Source: a bacterium
Lineage (GTDB): Bacteria; Patescibacteriota; Microgenomatia; Woykebacterales; RBG-16-39-9b
Length of the DNA stretch: 64,000 bases
Assembly (NCBI GenBank): GCA_030704665.1
Contig: JAUYID010000009.1
Span: 729,702 to 793,701 of the forward strand
Reading direction: 5' to 3'
Below, one piece after another: positions 10,022-18,244 of the stretch (positions within the stretch are counted from its first letter, which is position 1; the number at the start of each line of letters is the position of its first letter). Below the pieces are notes generated by a model. It saw only the letters and a program-made list of their open reading frames with translations. It was not told where the DNA came from and ran no database searches. The position numbers and the translations under genes are program-made.

Positions 10022-10715
10022 AAATACTTGAATACATGTCTTTTTTATCTAATTTATTATCAGCTTCTTGTATAAACGTCTTAATTTTTTCGGAATCCCA
10101 ATTCATATCTTTGTCCTGCCGAGTATTTATATCTTTCATCAACATTATTACTTTTCCCTTATTACCCACATTTTTTATTCCATCGCCGATAGTAACAACT
10201 TGATTGCAATCAATATTATTCAATGTTAAATTGAATGTTAGATTGAAGAGGAAAGTTCTTAAATTCTCTGTAAGCCTTTCTTTAAAAACAGTTTCTGAGA
10301 TATCCTTGGTAGGGTTTTGGGAAAGAAAGAATATCTCCTTTATATACCCAACCCTTTTCATTTTGTTCTGGGAAGGACTATGATGAAATATAATGTCAGA
10401 GAGTTTCCCGACTAAATCTTGAATTTTATCTAATGGAAGTGAAAAGGAAGATATTTCCGTTTGATTAATCCACTGAATGTTTATTTTGTCAAAACTCAAA
10501 TTGCACGCAACTGAATTATCTTTGGATCTAAGTAAAAGCCTTGGTATTTCACGAGGGGCAGTGCTTGGAATTGGTAAAATAATGTTATTTCCATCAGAAA
10601 ATACATCAACCCCATCCCTTATCTCTTCTAACAGGATATTTAAATCAGAAATATAAAAATCTTTTGGGAAAAGAGCTACCTCGTATTTATTTATAACTAA
10701 ATTTCGTTCAGCCAT
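10014..10715 (-). CDS. IS passenger: soluble hypothetical protein (TIGR04255-like resemblance, tentative)
   Basis: Likely start MAERNLV at 10715 (upstream ATG lies in the TIR); ILPIPSTAPREIPR, KRVGY, MKDINT pattern. Confidence 0.65.
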   Translation of the reverse strand: MAERNLVINKYEVALFPKDFYISDLNILLEEIRDGVDVFSDGNNIILPIPSTAPREIPRLLLRSKDNSVACNLSFDKINIQWINQTEISSFSLPLDKIQDLVGKLSDIIFHHSPSQNKMKRVGYIKEIFFLSQNPTKDISETVFKERLTENLRTFLFNLTFNLTLNNIDCNQVVTIGDGIKNVGNKGKVIMLMKDINTRQDKDMNWDSEKIKTFIQEADNKLDKKDMYSSIFD

Positions 10716-10828
10716 AAGTGGAACGAATTTTATCAAACTTTTAATGAATTTACTAGTCCTTGTTCTCATGGTATAGGTGCCAAAAAAACCCCTTGACTTA
10801 GCGCTAAATTTTCATTAATTTATCTTTC

Positions 10829-11995
10829 GTGTCCAAAAAACTGCTCAGTTTTTTCTTTTCAACAATTTTGGTTTTTGCTTTCTCGAAGCAAGCCTTGGCT
10901 AGTTCCTTGCCTGCTCCTACCGTTCCAGACACAGTAAAAGCGACTGAAAATTTTACAGTAAGTTTCAGCCTTAGTCTTGATCCAAATTACAACTACTATG
11001 CAAAGGTAAGACTTGGTACCGAGACAAGCAATCTTAAATATGGGCAAACTTACAACTCAGCATCAGATCAATGGTTAACTGATTCAGATGCTTGGACTTC
11101 TTTTCCAGTTTTTACAACAAACTCTGCTGGTACTTTGTCCGCTAGTTTAACAGCCAAAACTTCAAGTAACGTTGTCCTAGGATCAAATTTAATTCGGATA
11201 GCCGTGAGAAGAACTGACACAAAAACTACTCTTCAGAGCGAAACGGCTAATATCAATGTCGAGGCGGCACCTCCAAACCAAGATTCCGACTCGGATGGTA
11301 ATACTGGCTCAACCGACCCAACTCCAAAGCTTAACTTAAAGCTAGCCTTGTCAGAATTTATGCCCAATCCGGAAACAGGGGAGAAAGAATGGGTCGAAAT
11401 TCGCAATTTGGCCAGCTCTAGCGCTGATCTTTACGGTTGGAAAATTGACGATGGTCCCGCCGGTTCTTCGCCACTGACGCTTGAGGAAAACTCAACTATC
11501 GCCGGCTTTGGCTATAAAGTTTTTTATTTACCTTCGAAGCTAAACAATTCCGGGGACAGCCTTCGTCTCCTCAAACCTGACGGCTCAGAAGCTGACGTGG
11601 TAAATTTCGGGGAAACAACCAAGGGGGTTTCTTTTGCCAAAGGCTCTTCCGGTATCTGGCAACAAACCCTGACCCCGACTCCGGCAGCAGCGAACATTAT
11701 CAACACCGGGGAAGTCCTTGGCTCTACGGATACCAGTAAGTCTTCTCTGACGGAAAATCCCAAAAGCGACAACTATTCACTTGATGTTCTTACCCCTCTG
11801 GAAGCAACTGCCTCAAGCCACTCCGGAAAGCAAGCTAGTCCGGTCAAAAATCTTTTTGCTTCTGAATCCCCAAAGGGTTTCTTTTGGATCTTGGTCGTGA
11901 TTGGAGGTTTTTTGCTAGTAACTTCTTTAACTATTTTTGGGATCAAATCAGGATTTTTCCGAAAAATCTTTTCTAAAAACGCGAAGAGCAGTTGA
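10829..11995 (+). CDS. Surface protein with lamin-tail domain and C-terminal membrane anchor
   Basis: Signal peptide; LSEFMPNP..EKEWVEIRN..DLYGWKIDD, LNNSGDSLRL, TPTPAAAN LTD motifs. Confidence 0.85.
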   Translation: MSKKLLSFFFSTILVFAFSKQALASSLPAPTVPDTVKATENFTVSFSLSLDPNYNYYAKVRLGTETSNLKYGQTYNSASDQWLTDSDAWTSFPVFTTNSAGTLSASLTAKTSSNVVLGSNLIRIAVRRTDTKTTLQSETANINVEAAPPNQDSDSDGNTGSTDPTPKLNLKLALSEFMPNPETGEKEWVEIRNLASSSADLYGWKIDDGPAGSSPLTLEENSTIAGFGYKVFYLPSKLNNSGDSLRLLKPDGSEADVVNFGETTKGVSFAKGSSGIWQQTLTPTPAAANIINTGEVLGSTDTSKSSLTENPKSDNYSLDVLTPLEATASSHSGKQASPVKNLFASESPKGFFWILVVIGGFLLVTSLTIFGIKSGFFRKIFSKNAKSS

Positions 11996-12036
11996 GGGGG
12001 TGTGAAAACCCAGCAACTGCTCGTGCGATCTACTCT

Positions 12037-12951
12037 CTACTTATCTCCCGGTATGTAGCAGGTACCAACACTCCCGTCCTCATAGACCAAGCAGACCTTG
12101 ATGAGGCGGGCGGCGTTGACAAAGTCGAGAAACTCTTCCGCGCTCGCCGGCAACTCGATTGGTGCCTCACCAACCGGGCAGACCACCCAATCGTCATTTT
12201 CATGGGGGACTCCCGCTCGAGCTTGATAAGTGCCTCCGGAGTCTTCCCCACAGAGAGAATCTGTGCTTGAGTATGAGACCTCTACGCCATCAGCCAAAAG
12301 TATTGTGGCGCTGAGACTGAAGTTGATGTCCCGGTCCGAGTCGTTGAAAACCCAACCCCGGATCACGAAAACGGGGACATTGGTAACCTCATCCCTCCAG
12401 AACTGGTTGTTGTAGGGCTTGTCCACCCGTTCGAAGCTGACTTTTCCTGCGAGCAAAGTGGCAAAGCCACCCCCTACCTCAATAGTTGCTGCCTCCTCTG
12501 CTTGTTGATCAGCCTCGGCTTGAGCCGTAGCAGCAGCATTTTTCTCTTGCTGCTCGGCTGTAGCGGTGAAGTGGATGTCACTGGCATCGACACTCCAAAT
12601 CCCTTGAGATTTGATCAGGTCAAAGATACCATCTTCTTCGACCTCTGAGGTTCCCTCTTTACGAACGGCGATCAGGTGAACCCGGTAGAGGTAATCGTCG
12701 CCAACACTGTCGTACCAACTCAGGCACTTGATCTCAAGCAGGCCGTCGACACCTTTGAGCGCTTTTTCAGCTACCTGAAGTTGCTCGTCCGTCAGCTTGA
12801 CCTCATCGTCGGCACAGATCGACAGCTTCTCCAAACCTGTACCAGCGATTCTCTGGGGAACCGACGGCTGCTCGACAAGGCGCTTACTCCCCCCACCACA
12901 AGCAGCTGCAATCAAGACCACTGAAGTGGCCAAGAAAATGAACCCTCTCAT
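12037..12951 (-). CDS. Hypothetical lipoprotein
   Basis: MRGFIFLATSVVLIAAAC lipobox; purine-rich SD upstream; GC-richer than neighbours. Confidence 0.7.
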   Translation of the reverse strand: MRGFIFLATSVVLIAAACGGGSKRLVEQPSVPQRIAGTGLEKLSICADDEVKLTDEQLQVAEKALKGVDGLLEIKCLSWYDSVGDDYLYRVHLIAVRKEGTSEVEEDGIFDLIKSQGIWSVDASDIHFTATAEQQEKNAAATAQAEADQQAEEAATIEVGGGFATLLAGKVSFERVDKPYNNQFWRDEVTNVPVFVIRGWVFNDSDRDINFSLSATILLADGVEVSYSSTDSLCGEDSGGTYQARAGVPHENDDWVVCPVGEAPIELPASAEEFLDFVNAARLIKVCLVYEDGSVGTCYIPGDK

Positions 12952-13115
12952 GATCCTCTCTCCCTTCCTTAAGTCGTTTTTGTGACTATTAATTATACGC
13001 CCAAAAGGCAATTTTTTCCTTATTTGGCCCCTTGAAAAGGGCTTTCAATTAGGCTAGTTTTAAGGCAAAGCCCATCAACTCAAGCTAAAGCCGATTTTTC
13101 TTCTGGGAGGGGGAG

Positions 13116-13580
13116 ATGCTTTTCAAAGTTAATCTAAAGGCAGTTCCAGCCCGACGCCTGCGGCAGATTCTCAAAAACGTCGGTTTGGAAGTAAGCACGA
13201 ATGACATCTGCTTTAACGATCATCGGGTTGGTGGTTTCAACTATGCTAGCGGCAACCTACTCGGATTCACTCTGGAAGAAGCCACGGGCGAAGTCCTGAA
13301 GGCTTGGCTGTCCCGGAACGAACAGTCTTCAAGGTCTAGAAGAATCTTAAGAGTTCTTGGCCTCACCTCGTTCTTGGGCAAATGGAACCAAGACTTAAAG
13401 TACACCGACTCCCATCCTTTCGGGGAAGGGATCTTTATTGGTCCGCTCCCCAAAGAAGACAGCTCAGCTTACCCGGGCGGCGCAGGAACAGTGAAAACTG
13501 TCTCTTTGCGAGAGCGTTTGAGTGCTTCGAAGCACCTTACTCCCCGCCAAAGCCGGCGTCGAGTCAGCCCGCGCAAGTAG
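13116..13580 (+). CDS. Hypothetical protein
   Basis: GGGAGGGGGAG SD before ATG; followed by hairpin. Confidence 0.55.
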   Translation: MLFKVNLKAVPARRLRQILKNVGLEVSTNDICFNDHRVGGFNYASGNLLGFTLEEATGEVLKAWLSRNEQSSRSRRILRVLGLTSFLGKWNQDLKYTDSHPFGEGIFIGPLPKEDSSAYPGGAGTVKTVSLRERLSASKHLTPRQSRRRVSPRK

Positions 13581-13600
13581 TTCCCAACTCTGCTACAGAC

Positions 13601-13638
13601 CTGGACCGCTCTTAAATTCGGAGCTAAGGGCGGTCCAG
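13601..13638 (+). terminator. 14-bp hairpin downstream of 13116..13580
   Basis: CTGGACCGCTCTTA/TAAGGGCGGTCCAG with one U-G pair. Confidence 0.55.
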
Positions 13639-13686
13639 CCAAACCAATTTCTTAAAGACCCTTTTTTGTTGTAAACTCTTTTAGTC

Positions 13687-14085
13687 ATGGAATACTTAAC
13701 TCAAAGCCCAGAGGAAACCAGGCAACTTGGAAAAACCTTGGCGAGCTCTTTAAAATCGAAAGTAATTGTTCTCTTTGGTGAGCTTGGAGCCGGTAAGACT
13801 CACTTTGTTCAAGGTTTAGCACAAGGACTAGGAATAGAAAAAAGAGTCCTCTCGCCAACTTTCATTTTTATCCGACCTTACACGGAAAACAACTTTTATC
13901 ATGTCGATCTTTATCGCCTGGAAAAGGAAAGTGAAATTTCTGCCCTGGGCTTGGAGGAAATTTTGGAAGAAAAGGGTGCCACGATAGTCATCGAGTGGCC
14001 GGAAAAGATTATTAGTAAGTTAAAAGACCCGGTCAAAATCTATTTTGAAAAAGCTTCAGAAAACGAAAGAAAGATCAAGGTTTAG
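13687..14085 (+). CDS. tsaE: tRNA threonylcarbamoyladenosine biosynthesis ATPase TsaE
   Basis: GELGAGKTHF, SPTF, HVDLYRL, VIEWPE. Confidence 0.95.
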   Translation: MEYLTQSPEETRQLGKTLASSLKSKVIVLFGELGAGKTHFVQGLAQGLGIEKRVLSPTFIFIRPYTENNFYHVDLYRLEKESEISALGLEEILEEKGATIVIEWPEKIISKLKDPVKIYFEKASENERKIKV

Positions 14086-14140
14086 AAGTTTGAATAGCTA
14101 AAATTAATTTTAAGATTAACTGCTATACTAGTAGGAAACT

Positions 14141-14824
14141 ATGCAAGATTTCAAAATAATTTCCCTTGGCGGCTCCCTGATCTATCCGAAGGATGGTATT
14201 GATGTTTCTTTTCTAAAAAAATTTAAAGCTTTGATACTGCAGTTCATCGAAAAAGGAAACCGCTTTATTATTGTTTGTGGAGGTGGCGCCATCTGCCGTC
14301 ATTATCAACAGGCAGCCACCGAGATTGGCCTTCTTGATCACGAAGACATTGACTGGCTCGGAATTCATTCCACCCACCTCAACGCCCAGCTGATCCGGAC
14401 TATTTTTCGTGACCACGCTCACTTGAAACTTGTTACTCATTACAACGAAGATGAGCCAATCACTGAGCCGATCGCTGTCGGGGCAGGGTGGAAACCAGGC
14501 CATTCAACTGATTACGACGCGATCATGCTTGCCAAAAAATATGGTGCAAAGACGGTAATTAATCTCTCCAACGTAGATCAAGTTTATGACAAAGACCCGA
14601 AAGCTTTTCCCGATGCCAAACCAATTGGAGAAATAAGTTGGCAAGATTTTCGCAAAATCGTTGGCTCAGAATGGAAACCAGGTCTCAACGCTCCTTTTGA
14701 CCCCATCGCTTCACAGCAAGCTCACGAAGCCGGGATCAAGGTTTTAATAATGAATGGTCACAATCTTGAGAATTTCAAAGCTGCACTCGAAGGCAAAGAC
14801 TTCGTCGGGACTGAGATAAGCTAG
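14141..14824 (+). CDS. pyrH: UMP kinase (archaeal-type)
   Basis: ISLGGSL, VCGGGAICR, PGHSTDYDA, VYDKDPK, PFDPIAS. Confidence 0.9.
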   Translation: MQDFKIISLGGSLIYPKDGIDVSFLKKFKALILQFIEKGNRFIIVCGGGAICRHYQQAATEIGLLDHEDIDWLGIHSTHLNAQLIRTIFRDHAHLKLVTHYNEDEPITEPIAVGAGWKPGHSTDYDAIMLAKKYGAKTVINLSNVDQVYDKDPKAFPDAKPIGEISWQDFRKIVGSEWKPGLNAPFDPIASQQAHEAGIKVLIMNGHNLENFKAALEGKDFVGTEIS

Positions 14825-14882
14825 TCAAAGAAACCAAGCAAAATTATTATATTTCAAGGAAAATTTCTTTAGTAAGTGTGGT

Positions 14883-14921
14883 GAGGTTGATGAGGAGAAG
14901 AAGAATCTACTCATCAACCTC
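14883..14921 (-). terminator. 12-bp perfect hairpin
   Basis: GAGGTTGATGAG ... CTCATCAACCTC between pyrH and a convergent small ORF. Confidence 0.55.
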
Positions 14922-14949
14922 TTGTCTTCTAGAAACGTCGTTGGTGGAC

Positions 14950-15096
14950 TCAGACGGGTGGTTTACGGAAGGCAAACCACCTAGCACCTTGCTCTACGCA
15001 CCTTTTATCCTCCATCGCCTTGCGGAGTTGGAGAACCTTCTGCGCTCGAGTGTTCACCGAAACCGAAGACCGAACCCACGGAAAAGAAAAACGCAT
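14950..15096 (-). CDS. 48-aa small basic protein
   Basis: AAGGAG SD, ATG; MRFSFPWVRSSVSVNTRAQKVLQLRKAMEDKRCVEQGARWFAFRKPPV*; followed by hairpin. Confidence 0.5.
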   Translation of the reverse strand: MRFSFPWVRSSVSVNTRAQKVLQLRKAMEDKRCVEQGARWFAFRKPPV

Positions 15097-15191
15097 AATC
15101 TCACTCCTTGCGTTTCTATTAGATAGTATCTATTTTACTACTACATAGCAAATTTTCCACGTTAACGGGAATGTACTATAATTAAGAAAGT

Positions 15192-15686
15192 ATGAAAATA
15201 ATAATAAGTTCGGGAAACGGTACAGGAGAAACGACTTTAGCAGCTTTCGACAACGCTTTGAAAGAAGCAGGAATATATAACTATAATCTGATAAGACTTT
15301 CCTCAATCATTCCTCCCGACTCAGAACTTGTTGAGAAAAAATTTGAGTCGCCAGAAAACGAGTATGGGAACAAGCTTTACGTAGTTCTAGCTGAGGAAAG
15401 AACCGATCAACTAGGCCGAAGCATCGCTGCAGGTATTGCTTGGTACCAGTGGGACGACAAGCGAGGAGTTTTTGCTGAACACCATGATATTGTTGAAACT
15501 CTTGAGGCCGATGAAGCTGAAAGAAATGTTTCAAAAAAACTTGAAGCGACTATCAAAGATTTGTGTGAGTTCAGAGAAATCAAATTTGAAAGAGAAAAGA
15601 TACATATGAAGATCTCTTCCCAAGAGGTCAATCAAAAATCTGCCTGCTCTTTGGTTGCCGCTGTTTATAGTTCTGAGCCCTGGTAA
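15192..15686 (+). CDS. Pyruvoyl-dependent arginine decarboxylase
   Basis: LAAFDNALKEAGIYNYNLIRLSSIIP (Ser-Ser self-cleavage site). Confidence 0.9.
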   Translation: MKIIISSGNGTGETTLAAFDNALKEAGIYNYNLIRLSSIIPPDSELVEKKFESPENEYGNKLYVVLAEERTDQLGRSIAAGIAWYQWDDKRGVFAEHHDIVETLEADEAERNVSKKLEATIKDLCEFREIKFEREKIHMKISSQEVNQKSACSLVAAVYSSEPW

Positions 15687-15793
15687 CCCTATAATACTAT
15701 AGGTTGCTTTATTCTTAACTTTCTGCTACAATCCCTTTAGAAATTGCACACGGTCTGTAAGACCACAACTCAATACCCTAAGGAGGGGATCGC

Positions 15794-16975
15794 ATGAGAA
15801 AGAATGAATGGCCTCTTTTGGTGCTGATTCTGGCCGTGGGAGTGAGTTTTTGGAACCTTACTCTCCCCTCGCCTCTTCAGCCCTACATCGCCTTTTCTCT
15901 GGGTATCAGCCTGGGAGCGGCGGCGCAACTGGTGACGATTTCGGCCGGCGCCATGATCGGAATCCTGCTAGTTTACGGTCTTTTCGGTTCGAGGGTTAGT
16001 CCAAAGTACGTTATTTGGTTTGGTCTGGCTAGCTTAACTTTTGGATCTTGGCTTGCCACAACGACTGACACCTATGGCGCGCTCTTGGCTATTCGCATTC
16101 TTAACGGGTTCGCAGATGGACTGATCTACCCAGCGGCCTGGGTCGCTATCGCCAACTACCTACCACGCAACCGTTGGGCTTTTGGAAACCAATGGATTCT
16201 AATCGGGACAGCCCTTTCAGCTATCTTTGGTCTTCCACTAGCAAACACCTGGGCCGGAGGCGGTGATTGGCAGAGCGCCTTCAAGTGGTTTACTTTAGCG
16301 GGCGCAACAATGCTGCTTCTCAGTCTAACCCTTGCTTTTGCTAAAGAGTACCCACACAAGGAAGTGGAAACGGGAGGATTCCAAACTATCTGGAACAACA
16401 GCTACCTTCGAGGACTTCTTCTCGCCAACATCTTTGTTGCTGCGAGTTGGTTTGGGGTAGTAACCTTCGTAGGAGGTTTCCTTGTCCGCACTTACCAGCC
16501 AACTTCATCCGAAGTCAGCTGGTTTTTCGTCTGCGCTGGAATAGCCTTCACCATAGGTACTTTCATCTTCTCAGAAAACCGAGAAACCCAGAAGAAAATC
16601 GCGATCACCACTGGAGTGTTGGTCATTCCTCTAGCTTTCGTCTTCTTCTGGCTAACCAACGGCTTCTGGACGACAGTTGCTATCGCGTCGGTATACGCAT
16701 TCGTGCGCTCTCCTGGCCTTTTAGCCATGGAAACAATGTTACTTCACGAAACAGAGCGCGCGGCAGCTAGAGTACCCGCCATTGCAGCAGTGGATATGGT
16801 AAGTGCTCTTGGAACCCTAATAGGTGCGGCGCTCGGTGGCATCATTCTTTCGGAAGGAACCTACGCAGGAATAGGGGTGATCTTTTCTGCTTCGGCAGCA
16901 CTTTCACTCTTTTTCCTGGTGAGAACTAACCAAACGAGCTCCAACTACGTGCTGATCAAACCTGTTCACGCATAG
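15794..16975 (+). CDS. MFS transporter
   Basis: About 12 TMs, IRILNGFADG motif; AGGAGG SD. Confidence 0.85.
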   Translation: MRKNEWPLLVLILAVGVSFWNLTLPSPLQPYIAFSLGISLGAAAQLVTISAGAMIGILLVYGLFGSRVSPKYVIWFGLASLTFGSWLATTTDTYGALLAIRILNGFADGLIYPAAWVAIANYLPRNRWAFGNQWILIGTALSAIFGLPLANTWAGGGDWQSAFKWFTLAGATMLLLSLTLAFAKEYPHKEVETGGFQTIWNNSYLRGLLLANIFVAASWFGVVTFVGGFLVRTYQPTSSEVSWFFVCAGIAFTIGTFIFSENRETQKKIAITTGVLVIPLAFVFFWLTNGFWTTVAIASVYAFVRSPGLLAMETMLLHETERAAARVPAIAAVDMVSALGTLIGAALGGIILSEGTYAGIGVIFSASAALSLFFLVRTNQTSSNYVLIKPVHA

Positions 16976-16983
16976 GAGAAGCC

Positions 16984-17571
16984 GTGATAAATACCAAACT
17001 TAACGGTCGTCGTCAACACTTAGTTGACTCGATCAAGAACTCACCTGTGACGAAGGTAGTTGCCGGGGCACTAACCGTTAGCCCAGTATTTGCTCTCATG
17101 ATTTGGGATGAAGTGGCCCTCGCAACCCCTATCATTCTGCTAGTAAACCACCTTGGGATAGTTTGGGGTTATGTAGCTTTCTGCACGATCTGGGCTGTCC
17201 TTGGTCTCCTGGCCTTCACGATTTGGCCACAGGTCAAACCAATGGCTGAGTCGTTTATCAACTGGTTGTTACCCAAGAAGGTATCGTTCAAGAGGAAGTC
17301 CAACTCAGGTAACAGGCCTTCGACCAGCAGCCTAAGAAACCGCGTAGTTTTTTGGTTCGCCAAAATCTCTAGATTCCTTGGAGTCCTGGCGGCCGCGATT
17401 CTGCTCGGTCCTGTACTAGGCTGGGCTGTAGTCAAGGTTTTGGGTTTCAGTAACCGTTTTACCTACGGATACATTGTGGTTGGCGCCTGGTTGTTCGGGG
17501 CAATCTGGGTTCCATTCTATGGTGTAGGTGGAATAAGCCTGAGTAGGTTTGTCGAAAGAGTGTTGGGCTAG
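16984..17571 (+). CDS. Membrane protein
   Basis: 4-5 hydrophobic segments; GGAG SD; coupled to the MFS gene. Confidence 0.65.
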   Translation: MINTKLNGRRQHLVDSIKNSPVTKVVAGALTVSPVFALMIWDEVALATPIILLVNHLGIVWGYVAFCTIWAVLGLLAFTIWPQVKPMAESFINWLLPKKVSFKRKSNSGNRPSTSSLRNRVVFWFAKISRFLGVLAAAILLGPVLGWAVVKVLGFSNRFTYGYIVVGAWLFGAIWVPFYGVGGISLSRFVERVLG

Positions 17572-17592
17572 CAAGCCTTAGAAGGAGGTCGT

Positions 17593-18144
17593 GTGGTTGC
17601 AGACACCGGAAAGCGAGAGGGTGCTAAGCACCTTCAGGTTGTGGAAGGGTCAGACCTTGAGGAAGCATGGCAGGTGTATGAAAGCAGCTTCGCGGAAATC
17701 AGGGAAGACCACCCCTGCCGTCAGAGTCTCACCCGGCGTGAATTCAAAGAGTTCATGCGCAATACTGAAATCGTGAAGCTGTTGGTCTACGAGAACGGAG
17801 AACTCGTGGCCGGCAGCCTCTTCACCAAGAACCTCGGTCTCGTACCTTGGATCAGCGAAGCGTACTACAACAAACACTTCCCTGAATACCTAGGTAGGCG
17901 CATGTACGCTCAGAGCTTCTTCGTTCGCCCAGACAAGCGTGGGAGAGGAATTCTCCAAACCCTCGCTAATGAGATCAAGCGTCACATGAAGCAGGAAGGA
18001 ATCGTGGTAACATTCTGCGACTTCGGCGGCCGCAATGAAATCACGTTCACTCTTCTCCTGAAAACGGTTCACGCAAAGTCCTTGCCATCTCGCCTGGTGG
18101 AGATACAGACCTACGACGCAATCATCATCAACGGCGACGATTAA
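17593..18144 (+). CDS. GNAT-fold acyltransferase-like protein
   Basis: FFVRPDKRGRGI acetyl-CoA motif; VPWISEAYY; AAGGAGG SD. Confidence 0.75.
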   Translation: MVADTGKREGAKHLQVVEGSDLEEAWQVYESSFAEIREDHPCRQSLTRREFKEFMRNTEIVKLLVYENGELVAGSLFTKNLGLVPWISEAYYNKHFPEYLGRRMYAQSFFVRPDKRGRGILQTLANEIKRHMKQEGIVVTFCDFGGRNEITFTLLLKTVHAKSLPSRLVEIQTYDAIIINGDD

Positions 18145-18169
18145 GGGGTAGGAAGATGAGAGATCCTCC

Positions 18170-18200
18170 GGGGAGTGTACAGCTTTGCCTTGCACTCCCC
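18170..18200 (+). terminator. Hairpin after GNAT gene
   Basis: GGGGAGTGTA/TGCACTCCCC. Confidence 0.55.
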
Positions 18201-18244
18201 ACCCCGCAATTGAAAACACCCCAATAAGCTGTTAAATTTAACAT

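Larger units (their letters stand above)
8383..10781 (+). mobile_element. IS1595-family element carrying passenger genes (transporter IS)
   Basis: Imperfect TIRs GGCACTTATCCCTTGACAACAAG (8383-8405) and GGCACCTATACCATGAGAACAAG (rc of 10759-10781), 19/23 match; 8-bp TSD AAAAAAAC at 8375-8382 and 10782-10789. Confidence 0.92.

Noticed and set aside
14878-15126. 82-aa plus-strand ORF
   Set aside because: No SD and it runs through a hairpin; the minus-strand 48-aa ORF has AAGGAG and a 3' hairpin
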